The translations under genes and the position numbers were made by a program. This document shows positions 39,642-49,048 of a stretch of DNA of 64,000 nt, piece by piece. The first letter of the stretch is position 1. Each line of letters opens with the position of its first letter. The notes under the pieces are model-generated. The model was given only the letters and a program-made list of their open reading frames with translations. It made no database searches and was not told where the DNA came from. The stretch is from an uncultured delta proteobacterium (GTDB taxonomy: Bacteria; Desulfobacterota; Desulfuromonadia; Geobacterales; Pseudopelobacteraceae): positions 96,001-160,000 of the forward strand of contig CAVYYZ010000011.1 in assembly GCA_963772835.1 (NCBI GenBank), read 5' to 3'.

Positions 39642-40774
39642 TTTCAAAAATTATCCTCATAAAATCAATTGATGCTATTATTGGCAGAATTTTTGTCCGG
39701 CTGCTGCCACCACCACCGGATCCCCCCGTAACACAAACAATCTCCCGCATACTTGTAATCCGCCCAGGCGGTATTGGCGATGCGGTACTGCTGTTACCCG
39801 CAATTGCTGCAATCAAAAAGCTGCTTCCTGCATCTGAAATCCATATTCTTGCCGAACGGAGAAATTGTACAGTATTCGAGCTTTCTCCGCATGTTTCCTC
39901 GGTTTCTTGCTACGACAATCCGTCGGAATTGTTCCGTGCGGTTCGCAGCGGATATGATGCCGTGATCGACACGGAACAATGGCACCGGTTGTCAGCGGTG
40001 ATTGCCCGCCTAACCGGAGCGCCTCTTCTGGCCGGATTTGGCACGAATGAGCGTAAACGCCAGTTTAATATTTCAGTTACGTATTCTCACGACGATTATG
40101 AAACGACAAGTTTCAGAAACCTGGTGCGTGCCGTTTTGCCTGCATTACCGGATGTTGCGCCCCAGGATAGTATTTCTCTTCCAGAACGAGCTAATCAAAA
40201 AGTTAAATCACTCCTCATGCCACTCTCTGAAGTACACACCTACGTCGCCTTATTTCCCGGAGCCAGTATCCCGGAAAAAACGTGGCCGGTGCAGTCGTGG
40301 CATAATCTTGCTGAACGTCTGTCCGCCTACGGGCTAGGGATTGTGATAGTTGGCGGAGGAGATGTGAAACATATGGTCGATCCGATCATGCGGGGATTGT
40401 CCGGTATAAGTGCCGTAGGGCAATTGACGTTGGCGGAAACTGCGGCGTTGCTGCAGCGTACGCAACTTCTTATCAGTGGAGATTCAGGAGTGTTACATCT
40501 GGCCACCCTTGTTGGGACGCCCACTGTTTCACTCTTTGGGCCCAGCAATTCTGCTAAGTGGGCACCTTCAGGAGAAACCCACCTTGTTGTAGGCAGGCAA
40601 ATTCCCTGTTCTCCTTGTTCAGAGTTTGGAACCACACCCCCCTGTCCTATTAATGCCCGATGCATGCGGGACATCTCCGTCGATGAAGTCGTCAATGCCG
40701 TCACCATGCTGTTAACCAGTGTGGGAGCCATGCCATCACACTGCTGCAAGCGGGATTGGATCGAGACTTCATGA
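39638..40774 (+). CDS. GT9 heptosyltransferase-like protein (XapJ-like)
   Basis: RPGGIGDAVL, PGASIPEKTW, SGDSGVLHLA, LFGPS and CSPC. Confidence 0.88.
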   Translation: MISKIILIKSIDAIIGRIFVRLLPPPPDPPVTQTISRILVIRPGGIGDAVLLLPAIAAIKKLLPASEIHILAERRNCTVFELSPHVSSVSCYDNPSELFRAVRSGYDAVIDTEQWHRLSAVIARLTGAPLLAGFGTNERKRQFNISVTYSHDDYETTSFRNLVRAVLPALPDVAPQDSISLPERANQKVKSLLMPLSEVHTYVALFPGASIPEKTWPVQSWHNLAERLSAYGLGIVIVGGGDVKHMVDPIMRGLSGISAVGQLTLAETAALLQRTQLLISGDSGVLHLATLVGTPTVSLFGPSNSAKWAPSGETHLVVGRQIPCSPCSEFGTTPPCPINARCMRDISVDEVVNAVTMLLTSVGAMPSHCCKRDWIETS

Positions 40775-40834
40775 ACATCCATTCCCGCCTCAAACTGCTG
40801 TTCGTTACCTCTCCGCACGGCTCACCTCCTTCTC

Positions 40835-42595
40835 ATGGTCCTGCTGTGTGCATCGTTCTGCCTCCCCCAAAATTCCCGGGCCTGTCCGCACATATCCGCC
40901 ATTGACGCCAGTCAAAGGATGCTCACTCTTGGCAACGACATCCGGTACCACAATACACTTTATTATGAGAAGGCCCGTCCGGTTATCAGTGATGCGGAGT
41001 ATGACCGGCTGTTTGCGACTCTGATCCGGCTTGAGAAGTGTTTTCCGGCGCTGGCTGCCGCTGATTCCCCGACCCGGAAGGTGGGGCAGGGTGAGGAGAG
41101 CGGTCTGCAGAAAGTGATGCACGATCGACCGATGCTTAGTCTGTCTTCCGCCACCGGGCCGAAGGCGGTGGAAGCTCTGCTGCGAAGGGTGGTGACGGTC
41201 GGGGAGCCTCTGCTGCTGGTCCAGCCGAAGGTGGATGGTCTGCCGGTGGAGCTGGTATATGTTGCCGGAAAGCTTGTTTCAGCTTCGACCCGCGGTGATG
41301 GCAGTTCCGGCGGTGATGTGACGGAACGGGTTGGTGAAATCAAGGGTATTCCGGGCATGCTGTCCGGTACGTATCCCGATCGGGTGGTGGTTCGCGGAGA
41401 AGTGTATGCGGACCTGCGGGTTATGGAAAAATCCGGTGCGGTGTCCGGTTCGAAGAAAGGAACAGCTGTCCGCCATCCGAGACATGTTGCCGCGGGGTTG
41501 CTGCAGGCACGACAACCGGACCCTGAAGCGGTGGCGTACCTTCGGCTGTTTCCTTTTGAGCTGGTGGGCGGTGACAGCATACACTCTGACCGCGAGGCTC
41601 TGGAGCTGCTTGCAGCGTGGGGATTTCCGGTTGCGGCTGAACAGACCCATCAGGTGAAGTCGCTGGCCGAAGTCCGTACCCTGTATCGCGCCTACCTGGC
41701 GAATCGCGATCGGCAGCCGTTTGCCATGGACGGCATCGTGGTGAAAGTCGATGATCTGGCAATCCGGAAACTGCTGGGAGAGGGCGGGCGTGCACCATTC
41801 TGGGCTGCTGCCTGGAAGTTCCCGCCGGAGAGCGCCCGAACGGAGGTAGTACGGATCGAATGGACGGTCGGCCGCACCGGTCGTCGTACTCCGGTTGCAG
41901 AGGTTGCGCCGGTGCATCTCGGCGGTGTACTGGTCAGGCGGGTTTCGCTGCAAAACGAGGCCGTGATTTCCCGGCTTGATATTGCGGCCGGCGATCAGGT
42001 GGTGGTCGGCCTGGCGGGGGATGTTATTCCCCGGGTTCTGGAAGTTGTGTGGCGGGTTCCCCGTGATGCCGGTTCCGGAGCGGCAGCGCGGCAGAAACCT
42101 GAACCGGCTCCGGATGCCTGCCTGCACGATTCGCCCGTCTGCCGCTATCAGTTTTTAGCCAGAGCGGAATATTTTGTCTCAAAAAAAGGGATACATATTT
42201 CGGGTCTGGGACGAAAACGTCTGCAGATGCTGGTCGAAGCGGGATTGGTTGATGATCTTCCTTCGCTGTTTCTGCTGAAGGTGGAGGAGGTGGCAGCAGT
42301 ACCCGGCTTTGGTGCAGAAACGGCGCGGCGCCTGACTACGGAAATCAGTGGCGCCGGCCATGAAAAGTCATTCCGGATTGTTACCGCCCTTGGTATTCCG
42401 GGTGCCGGTCCGAAGAGAGTGCAGAGTCTGTCACGTCAGTTTGCCGGGCTGGATATGCTGCTGGCTGCAGGCCGGGATCAGCTGGCGGTTCTTTCCGCAG
42501 CCGATTTTCGCACGGCCGGCACAATCCGCACTTTTTTTGACCTGCCGGGCGGGAAAAAACTGCTCGTGAAATTCCGTGAACTGGGTATTCTCTGA
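40835..42595 (+). CDS. ligB: NAD-dependent DNA ligase, LigB-like (no BRCT domain, hydrophobic N-terminus)
   Basis: YHNTLYY...ISDAEYDRL, QPKVDG, TRGDG, RGEV, DGIVVK, WKFP, GRTG; N-terminal 'ACP' and reduced Zn finger resemble LigB rather than LigA. Confidence 0.8.
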   Translation: MVLLCASFCLPQNSRACPHISAIDASQRMLTLGNDIRYHNTLYYEKARPVISDAEYDRLFATLIRLEKCFPALAAADSPTRKVGQGEESGLQKVMHDRPMLSLSSATGPKAVEALLRRVVTVGEPLLLVQPKVDGLPVELVYVAGKLVSASTRGDGSSGGDVTERVGEIKGIPGMLSGTYPDRVVVRGEVYADLRVMEKSGAVSGSKKGTAVRHPRHVAAGLLQARQPDPEAVAYLRLFPFELVGGDSIHSDREALELLAAWGFPVAAEQTHQVKSLAEVRTLYRAYLANRDRQPFAMDGIVVKVDDLAIRKLLGEGGRAPFWAAAWKFPPESARTEVVRIEWTVGRTGRRTPVAEVAPVHLGGVLVRRVSLQNEAVISRLDIAAGDQVVVGLAGDVIPRVLEVVWRVPRDAGSGAAARQKPEPAPDACLHDSPVCRYQFLARAEYFVSKKGIHISGLGRKRLQMLVEAGLVDDLPSLFLLKVEEVAAVPGFGAETARRLTTEISGAGHEKSFRIVTALGIPGAGPKRVQSLSRQFAGLDMLLAAGRDQLAVLSAADFRTAGTIRTFFDLPGGKKLLVKFRELGIL

Positions 42596-42629
42596 GCTGT
42601 ATGTAAATAGTAAAATATGAAGCAACACG

Positions 42630-42737
42630 TAACGCAAAGGCGCCAGGTATCAAGGCCGCACGGTAAAATAAAAATATGTTAGGTGTATCACCTTACATCG
42701 TCACGTTTTTCCCCGTGTCTTTGCGACGGTGCGTTAA
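42630..42737. repeat. degenerate octamer-repeat palindrome, copy D
   Basis: TAACGCAAAGGCGCCAGG...CTTTGCGACGGTGCGTTAA between the convergent ligase and metG genes. Confidence 0.75.
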
Positions 42738-42768
42738 GAGTTTCTGTTCTGGTTTGTCCGGATTGAAA

Positions 42769-44289
42769 TTACTCCTCGATCCTCGGAAAGAGCGCCTCAG
42801 CTTTTGTAATAGTTGTTCCTTCCTGTAAGCCGCCCCACACAAGCCCATCTTTAGAAACCGTTTCAGACCACCCCAATGATGCCAGAGCTTTTTCCGATGT
42901 TGTGGGAAGGAAGGCGGACAGGATGCAGTGGGTGATCCGCTGTGATTCGAGCAGGGTGTACATTACGGTGGCGAGTCGCTCGGCGTTGGCCGGATCTTTG
43001 GCCAGCGACCATGGCGCCGTGTCATCGATGTATTTGTTCCCGGCCGAAATGACTTCCCAGATCGCCTGCAACGCCTTGCTGAAGGCCAACTCGTCGATAA
43101 ATTTATCGACCGTTCCCACCATATCTACGGTCTTTTGCTTCAAAGCCAGATCGGTTTCTGACAGTTCAGTTGGCGCAGGAAGGATGCCGCCGAAATATTT
43201 TACCGCCATGGCGGTTGATCGGCTGAGCAGGTTGCCTATGTCGTTGGCCAGATCGGAGTTGATCCGTTGGACCAGTGCGGTGTGGGAGAAATCGCCGTCC
43301 AGGCCGAATGGAACCTCGCGCATCAGGAAGTATCTGACCGCATCCGTGCCGTATTTGTCGATCAGCATGTTCGGCTCGACCACGTTCTGCAGACTCTTGC
43401 TCATCTTCTGACCTTCGACGGTCCACCAGCCGTGGGCAAAAACCTTTTTCGGCAGCGGGAGGCCGGCAGCCATCAGAAAGGTCGGCCAGTAAACGGCGTG
43501 GAAGCGGAGGATGTCCTTGCCGATCAGGTGGACATCACATGGCCAGTAACGGCCGTAATTGCCCGCTTCGTCGGGGTAGCCGAGGGCGGTGATGTAGTTG
43601 GTCAGGGCATCGAACCAAACGTAGATGATGTGGCGGTCATTCCCCGGTACCGGGATGCCCCAGGAAAAGGTGGTGCGGGAAACCGACAGGTCGCGCAGAC
43701 CTTCCTTGACGAAGGAGATGATCTCGTTGCGCTTGCTCTTGGGCTGGATGAAATCCGGATTGGCCTCGATGTGCGCCAGCAATTGATCCTGGTATTTGCT
43801 CATACGGAAGAAATAGGATTCCTCTTTGAGCTTTTCTACCGGACGGTTGCAGTCGGGGCAGCGGCCTTCGATCAGCTGGGTCTCGGTCCAGAATGTTTCG
43901 CAGGGGGTACAGTACCAGTCCTCATACTCACCGAGGTAGATGTCCCCCTTTTCGAGGATATCAGTAAAGATCCGGCTCACCCCGTTTTTGTGACGTTCCT
44001 GGGTGGTGCGGATGAAGTCGTTGTGTGAAATTCCCAGCCGCTCCCAGAGCGCCTGAAAACGTTTGACCACACGGTCGGCCAGTTCCAGCGGCGTTTCTCC
44101 GGCGGTTATCGCCGCCTTTTCCACCTTCTGACCATGCTCATCGCTGCCGGTCAGAAAGTAGACGTCATACCCCATCAGACGCTTGTAGCGGGCCAGCACA
44201 TCGCCGGCGACCGTGGTATAGGCGTGTCCGATATGCGGTACGTCGTTTACATAATAGATCGGGGTGGTTACGTAGAAAGTCGGTTTCAT
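42769..44289 (-). CDS. metG: methionine--tRNA ligase (short form)
   Basis: TTPIYYVN, HIGH, KMSKS and Zn knuckle CTPC...CPDC. Confidence 0.96.
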   Translation of the reverse strand: MKPTFYVTTPIYYVNDVPHIGHAYTTVAGDVLARYKRLMGYDVYFLTGSDEHGQKVEKAAITAGETPLELADRVVKRFQALWERLGISHNDFIRTTQERHKNGVSRIFTDILEKGDIYLGEYEDWYCTPCETFWTETQLIEGRCPDCNRPVEKLKEESYFFRMSKYQDQLLAHIEANPDFIQPKSKRNEIISFVKEGLRDLSVSRTTFSWGIPVPGNDRHIIYVWFDALTNYITALGYPDEAGNYGRYWPCDVHLIGKDILRFHAVYWPTFLMAAGLPLPKKVFAHGWWTVEGQKMSKSLQNVVEPNMLIDKYGTDAVRYFLMREVPFGLDGDFSHTALVQRINSDLANDIGNLLSRSTAMAVKYFGGILPAPTELSETDLALKQKTVDMVGTVDKFIDELAFSKALQAIWEVISAGNKYIDDTAPWSLAKDPANAERLATVMYTLLESQRITHCILSAFLPTTSEKALASLGWSETVSKDGLVWGGLQEGTTITKAEALFPRIEE

Positions 44290-44290
44290 A

Positions 44291-45415
44291 TCAGGCTCCT
44301 GATGCTGGTGTCGGTGTGCGACCGTCGGGGGCGGCGCCGGATTGTTTTCGGTGGCCATGTTTGCGGGAACGATGTTTCTTGCGCGGCTGTCCGGCTGTCA
44401 CGACTTCCGCTGCAGTGGCCGTTGCCGTACGCTCACGGTGTGCGGTTGGAGCTGTTGGAGCTGTCGCCGGCTTCCCGGCGCTTTCAATGTGAGTGTATGA
44501 CTCGAGTGACGTCTTTTCCTGTTTACGCCGCGGTTCGGGGCGCCGTTCGCGTGTGCGCTGGGGAGGGCGTGGCGTTAATTGAGCGGTTGCAGCAGCCGGA
44601 GCCGGAGCCGAAACCGGGGTGCCATCCCCGATGATTTCATCACGTTTAATGACGATTATCTTGTTGTCGTCAAGTTTGAGCGTAATATTTCCGGTCAGGA
44701 TGTTTATTTTGTCGACGACTCCGACGGCATTGACGGTACGGATCCGTTTGCCTGATTTCGGGAAGTTTTTGCGCAGGCAGCAATAGGTTTCGTACTCATA
44801 GTCAAGGCAGCAGAGCAGGCGGCCGCATTGTCCGGATATCTTGTTGGGATTGAGTGCCAGATTCTGCTCTTTTGCCATTTTTACAGAAACCGGCTGGAAT
44901 TCGCGCAGGAACGAGCTGCAGCAGAGTTCGCGGCCGCAGATGGCTATGCCTCCGGTCATCTTTGCTTCATCACGCACCCCGATCTGGCGCATTTCGATAC
45001 GGGTATGAAATGAGTGGGCGAGATCTTTTACCAGGTCACGGAAATCAACCCGGCCATCGGCGGTAAAGTAAAAAATCGCTTTGCTGCTGTCGAACTGATA
45101 TTCGACCCGTACCAGCTTCATCGGCATGGCGCGCTCGATTATCCGGTTAACGCAGAAGCGGTACGACTCCTGCTCTTTCTGGGAAATCCGCTCAACTGTC
45201 GCCATATCTTCGGGAGTTGCCTTGCGTTTGACGAGCGTCAGAGCAGCTGTCGCTTCGGCATCACTTTCCACCGGCGGCTTAACGACCTGCCCGACTCCGA
45301 CACCCCGTTCCGTTTCAACAACGACATGGTCTCCTTTGACAAGTTCAAGAGCTCCGGCGTTGAAATCAAACATCTTGCCGGCTTTGGTGAATTGAATGGT
45401 TACGATGTGTGACAA
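44291..45415 (-). CDS. ricT: PSP1/YaaT (RicT) family protein
   Basis: 'FYFTADGRVDFRDLVK', 'CGRELCC', 'KISGQCGRLLCCL'; tmk-holB-PSP1-metG synteny. Confidence 0.9.
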   Translation of the reverse strand: MSHIVTIQFTKAGKMFDFNAGALELVKGDHVVVETERGVGVGQVVKPPVESDAEATAALTLVKRKATPEDMATVERISQKEQESYRFCVNRIIERAMPMKLVRVEYQFDSSKAIFYFTADGRVDFRDLVKDLAHSFHTRIEMRQIGVRDEAKMTGGIAICGRELCCSSFLREFQPVSVKMAKEQNLALNPNKISGQCGRLLCCLDYEYETYCCLRKNFPKSGKRIRTVNAVGVVDKINILTGNITLKLDDNKIIVIKRDEIIGDGTPVSAPAPAAATAQLTPRPPQRTRERRPEPRRKQEKTSLESYTHIESAGKPATAPTAPTAHRERTATATAAEVVTAGQPRKKHRSRKHGHRKQSGAAPDGRTPTPASGA

Positions 45416-45522
45416 AAAGACCTCCTGTCTGAAAACGCTGAAAATATTCTCTCCCGTCAGGCAAGGAGAGTATGTTTTTGTTGTCAGAAATAGTTTTGTT
45501 GAATAGTTACGTATATGTGTAA

Positions 45523-46500
45523 TCAGCCGTTGCCGGCCATGGACATAAATAAATGATCAAGAGCCAGCTTGGGATTGGCATTGCGCTGAACGTCGCGTCT
45601 CGTTTCATAGATGCGCTCCAGCAACTCCAGGTTGCGCGGGAATGAGCGCCTGGCGGCAATCGATTCAATCGCCGGACGTACCGAGAGGTTGACGATGTCC
45701 CCGTTGCCGGCGCCAAGATGAACGGCATCACGGAAAAAGGAGAGCAGCATGTCAAGCATCTCAAGTGTTGCCTCGCGGTTGCCGGACAATTCCTCAGCGG
45801 CGTCAAAAACGGTTGATATCCGGTCGATATTCAGCTGGCCCACCCTCGACAGTACCGCTTCACGGCGCGCAGCAAGCGCTTCATTGTCCAGTTCCATTGC
45901 CCTCTGGAGGCTGCCGCCCGACAAAGGTGCAACAAGCGCTGCCGTTTCGGGTGCCATTCCGCTCCGCTCAAGCAGAGAGAGTACATGCTCCGGCGAAAGA
46001 GGCGCAAATCGGATCAGTTGACAGCGTGAACGGACTGTTGGCAGCAGCATTCCGGCATTTTCGGTCACCAGGATGATCAGGGCATTTCCGGGCGGTTCTT
46101 CAAGTGTTTTCAGCAGAGAATTTGCGGAGCTGACGTTCAGCCGTTCGGCCGGATCAATGATGCATGCCTTTCGGGGAGCTTCGTAGGGTCGCAGCGACAA
46201 TTCGCGCTGCATTTCCCGCAACTGATCGATACTGATGTCGCGTTTATCCGGCAACGGTGAAAGCAGGTGGATATCGGGGTGGTTGCCGCCGGCGACTTTA
46301 CGGCATGAAGGGCAGACCCCACAGGCGTCATCGGGCATATTTTTACAGAAAAGTGCCTGAATCAGTGTTAATGCGGTCTTTTTGCGCCCACAGCCCGGCA
46401 CGCCTTCAAACAGATAGGAATGAGCTGTTTTTCCGCTCTGCAGAGATCGTCGCAGTACCTCGACAATACGATCATGTCCCAGAATATCAGCAAACGGCAC
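45523..46500 (-). CDS. holB: DNA polymerase III delta' subunit
   Basis: HSYLFEG, ACGVCPSC, HPD, NSLLKTLEEPP and TVRSRC. Confidence 0.94.
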   Translation of the reverse strand: MPFADILGHDRIVEVLRRSLQSGKTAHSYLFEGVPGCGRKKTALTLIQALFCKNMPDDACGVCPSCRKVAGGNHPDIHLLSPLPDKRDISIDQLREMQRELSLRPYEAPRKACIIDPAERLNVSSANSLLKTLEEPPGNALIILVTENAGMLLPTVRSRCQLIRFAPLSPEHVLSLLERSGMAPETAALVAPLSGGSLQRAMELDNEALAARREAVLSRVGQLNIDRISTVFDAAEELSGNREATLEMLDMLLSFFRDAVHLGAGNGDIVNLSVRPAIESIAARRSFPRNLELLERIYETRRDVQRNANPKLALDHLFMSMAGNG

Positions 46501-47143
46501 GCAGTGCCTCCGGAATCAGTGCCGATACCTGTCGGGAAATTGTGGCGAAAATATCCTCGATACTGTCAGAGCCGTTGATGATCAAAAAGCGCTCCGGCTG
46601 CTCCGCCGCCAGTTGCTGGTAGCCGTTGCGCACCCGGTGGTGAAAGGCCAGCTCCTCCAACTCGAAGCGTTCTTCACGGGGGCCGCTGGACGCTTCTATT
46701 CTCCGCCGTGCCCGTTCCAGTCCGACAGCCGGATCGCAGTCGACAAGGAGCGTCAGATCGGGCGAAACTCCCTGGCATGCGTGAAGGTTAAGGGTGTCGA
46801 TTACGCCGCGGTCGATGCCGCGGCCGAAACTCTGATACGCCACTGTCGCATCGCAGAACCGGTCGCAAAGCACTATTTTTCCGCCTTCGAGGGCAGGGGC
46901 AATAACCTCGGTAACGTGCTGGGCTCTGGCCGCTGCATACAGCATCAGTTCTGCCAGAGGAGAAAGGGCCCGGTTATCCGCGTCCAGCAGGATTGTACGG
47001 ATTTTGTCAGCAATCGGACAGCCGCCCGGTTCGCGGGTCAGAACCGTCTGTATGCCGTGAGTCGAGAGAAACTCTGACAGAAGCTTTATCTGGGTGGTTT
47101 TACCACACCCTTCGACGCCTTCGAATGTAATGAAATAACCCAC
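46487..47143 (-). CDS. tmk: thymidylate kinase
   Basis: FITFEGVEGCGKTTQ, TREPGG and LCDRF. Confidence 0.95.
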   Translation of the reverse strand: MGYFITFEGVEGCGKTTQIKLLSEFLSTHGIQTVLTREPGGCPIADKIRTILLDADNRALSPLAELMLYAAARAQHVTEVIAPALEGGKIVLCDRFCDATVAYQSFGRGIDRGVIDTLNLHACQGVSPDLTLLVDCDPAVGLERARRRIEASSGPREERFELEELAFHHRVRNGYQQLAAEQPERFLIINGSDSIEDIFATISRQVSALIPEALRAVC

Positions 47144-47294
47144 GAGTATCACCCTGATCCGCATTTAAATGGGGAATTATAGGCAACCGCCCCTGATTTA
47201 TCAACTTAAATTCCTGTGCCGCCGTCTGCCCGGAGAGTTTCAGTTGCCAAAACAGGACCGGATAGCTATAGTCAGACTGTTTTAAAGGTGTGTT

Positions 47295-47999
47295 ATGATG
47301 ACGAATGTACAACAACTTGAGAAGCTGCTGGAATACTCATTCCATGATCAGAGCCTGCTTGTTCAGGCCGTGACGCACCCCTCTTATCTGCATGAAGTCG
47401 GCGGAAGTGACGGGGGGGATTACCAGCGCCTTGAATTTCTTGGCGATGCGGTGCTGGGACTGCTGTTGGCTGAATTGTTGTATGAACGGTATCCGGAGTG
47501 GGATGAAGGTGCATTGTCTCAGCTCCGTTCCCGTCTGGCAGGTCAGGATATCCTGGCCGACCGGGCCAGATGGTTGGGAATCGGAGCATTCATCCTGCTT
47601 GGCCGCGGAGAGGAACAGACAGCCGGGCGGGAAAAAGATTCCATTCTTGCGGATGTCCTGGAGGCTCTGCTTGCCGCACTGTATCGGGATGGCGGACTTC
47701 AGGCAGCACATCTGCTGGTTGTGCGGCTCTTTGAGAAATTAGCGGCTGCTCCGGAGCTGCTTGTTTTGGGGTGCGACTCGAAAAGTGAGTTGCAGGAATT
47801 CCTCTCATCGAACGGCTATTCCCATCCCGAGTATCGGCTGCTGGAGGAGTCGGGACCACCGCACGACCGTCTGTTTGTATTTCAGATTCTGATTGACGGT
47901 GCGCCCCTCGGAAGAGGGGAGGGAAAATCGAAGAAAATAGCCCAGCAGGCCGCTGCTGCCGAAGCTTTGGACAATCTTCACGTCAGGCAGTCAACGTGA
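47295..47999 (+). CDS. rnc: ribonuclease III
   Basis: QRLEFLGDAVL; dsRBD 'SKSELQE...GPPHD...SKKIAQQAAA'. Confidence 0.95.
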   Translation: MMTNVQQLEKLLEYSFHDQSLLVQAVTHPSYLHEVGGSDGGDYQRLEFLGDAVLGLLLAELLYERYPEWDEGALSQLRSRLAGQDILADRARWLGIGAFILLGRGEEQTAGREKDSILADVLEALLAALYRDGGLQAAHLLVVRLFEKLAAAPELLVLGCDSKSELQEFLSSNGYSHPEYRLLEESGPPHDRLFVFQILIDGAPLGRGEGKSKKIAQQAAAAEALDNLHVRQST

Positions 48000-49045
48000 A
48001 ACCGGTTACGGTCCCTTTTTTTATCAGCCACCAGGGGTGCCCGCACACCTGCGTTTTTTGCGATCAACGCACAATTTCAGGAGCAAGCGGTGTACTCCCC
48101 TCCTCTGAACAGATACGTGACAGAATTGCCCTCTGGCGGTCGACCGCAGGGGGTCGCCCTCTGGAGGTCGCTTTTTTTGGCGGCACCTTTACGGCTCTTC
48201 CGGAAAAAGTCCAGGAGGAGCTGCTGCTCCCGCTCCAGCCGCTTCTGAAAAACGGCACACTTGCCTCGGTTAAAATATCAACCCGGCCCGATTATATTGA
48301 TGCCGGCCGGGTAGAGTGGCTGACGGAGAGGGGCGTGCGTACGATCGAGCTGGGTGTGCAGTCTATGGATGACACGGTTCTGTCGGTATCCGGTCGCGGT
48401 CATACTGCTGCAGATTCACAGCACGCCTTCCGCTGCATCAAAAACCAGGGGCTTCGAGCCGGTGCCCAGCTTATGCCGGGGCTTCCGGGAGACACGCCGG
48501 CAGCTTCACTCGATTCGCTGGAACGGGTCATTTCTGCCGGTGCGGATTTCCTCCGAATCTATCCAACCGTCGTCCTCAAGGGAACTGAGCTGGCGAGGCG
48601 TTTTACGGCTGGTGAATTCGAGCCGTTACCTCTTGACCGCGGGCTGTCGCTCTGCAAACTCCTTCTGCTGCGGGCCATGCAGGCGGGCATCCCGGTAATC
48701 CGGATCGGTCTCCAGGCCGAAACCGGTCTTGATGCTGAAAGTATACTGGCCGGCTGCTGGCACCCTGCGCTGGGACAACTGGTCCGTTCGCAGCTGTATG
48801 ACGACCTCATCAGCCGCTCCGTAGCTCCCGGCCTGAGTGTGAGGGTGTATTGCCATCCTGCACGGCTGTCGGATGTTGCCGGGGTGAAACACGGCAATAT
48901 CCTGAGTCAGGCCCGGCGTGAAGTGCAGATGCAGGTTGTCCCTGACGCGGCTCTCAACAAAGAGGAAATAACAATACAAACAGCAGATTCTTCTGCCACG
49001 TACTCCATTGTTTCAGATCTTCACTACTCAATTCACGAGGTGTAA
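47996..49045 (+). CDS. radical SAM protein (Elp3/HemN-like, rnc-associated)
   Basis: GCPHTCVFCDQ, FFGGTFT, STRPD and IELGVQS. Confidence 0.88.
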   Translation: MKPVTVPFFISHQGCPHTCVFCDQRTISGASGVLPSSEQIRDRIALWRSTAGGRPLEVAFFGGTFTALPEKVQEELLLPLQPLLKNGTLASVKISTRPDYIDAGRVEWLTERGVRTIELGVQSMDDTVLSVSGRGHTAADSQHAFRCIKNQGLRAGAQLMPGLPGDTPAASLDSLERVISAGADFLRIYPTVVLKGTELARRFTAGEFEPLPLDRGLSLCKLLLLRAMQAGIPVIRIGLQAETGLDAESILAGCWHPALGQLVRSQLYDDLISRSVAPGLSVRVYCHPARLSDVAGVKHGNILSQARREVQMQVVPDAALNKEEITIQTADSSATYSIVSDLHYSIHEV

Positions 49046-49048
49046 CCT

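Noticed and set aside
15981..42737. Palindromes as integron attC sites
   Set aside because: They end in AAC/GTT but match RYYYAAC/GTTRRRY inconsistently, consist of octamer repeats, occur in empty tandem arrays, and no intI is present.
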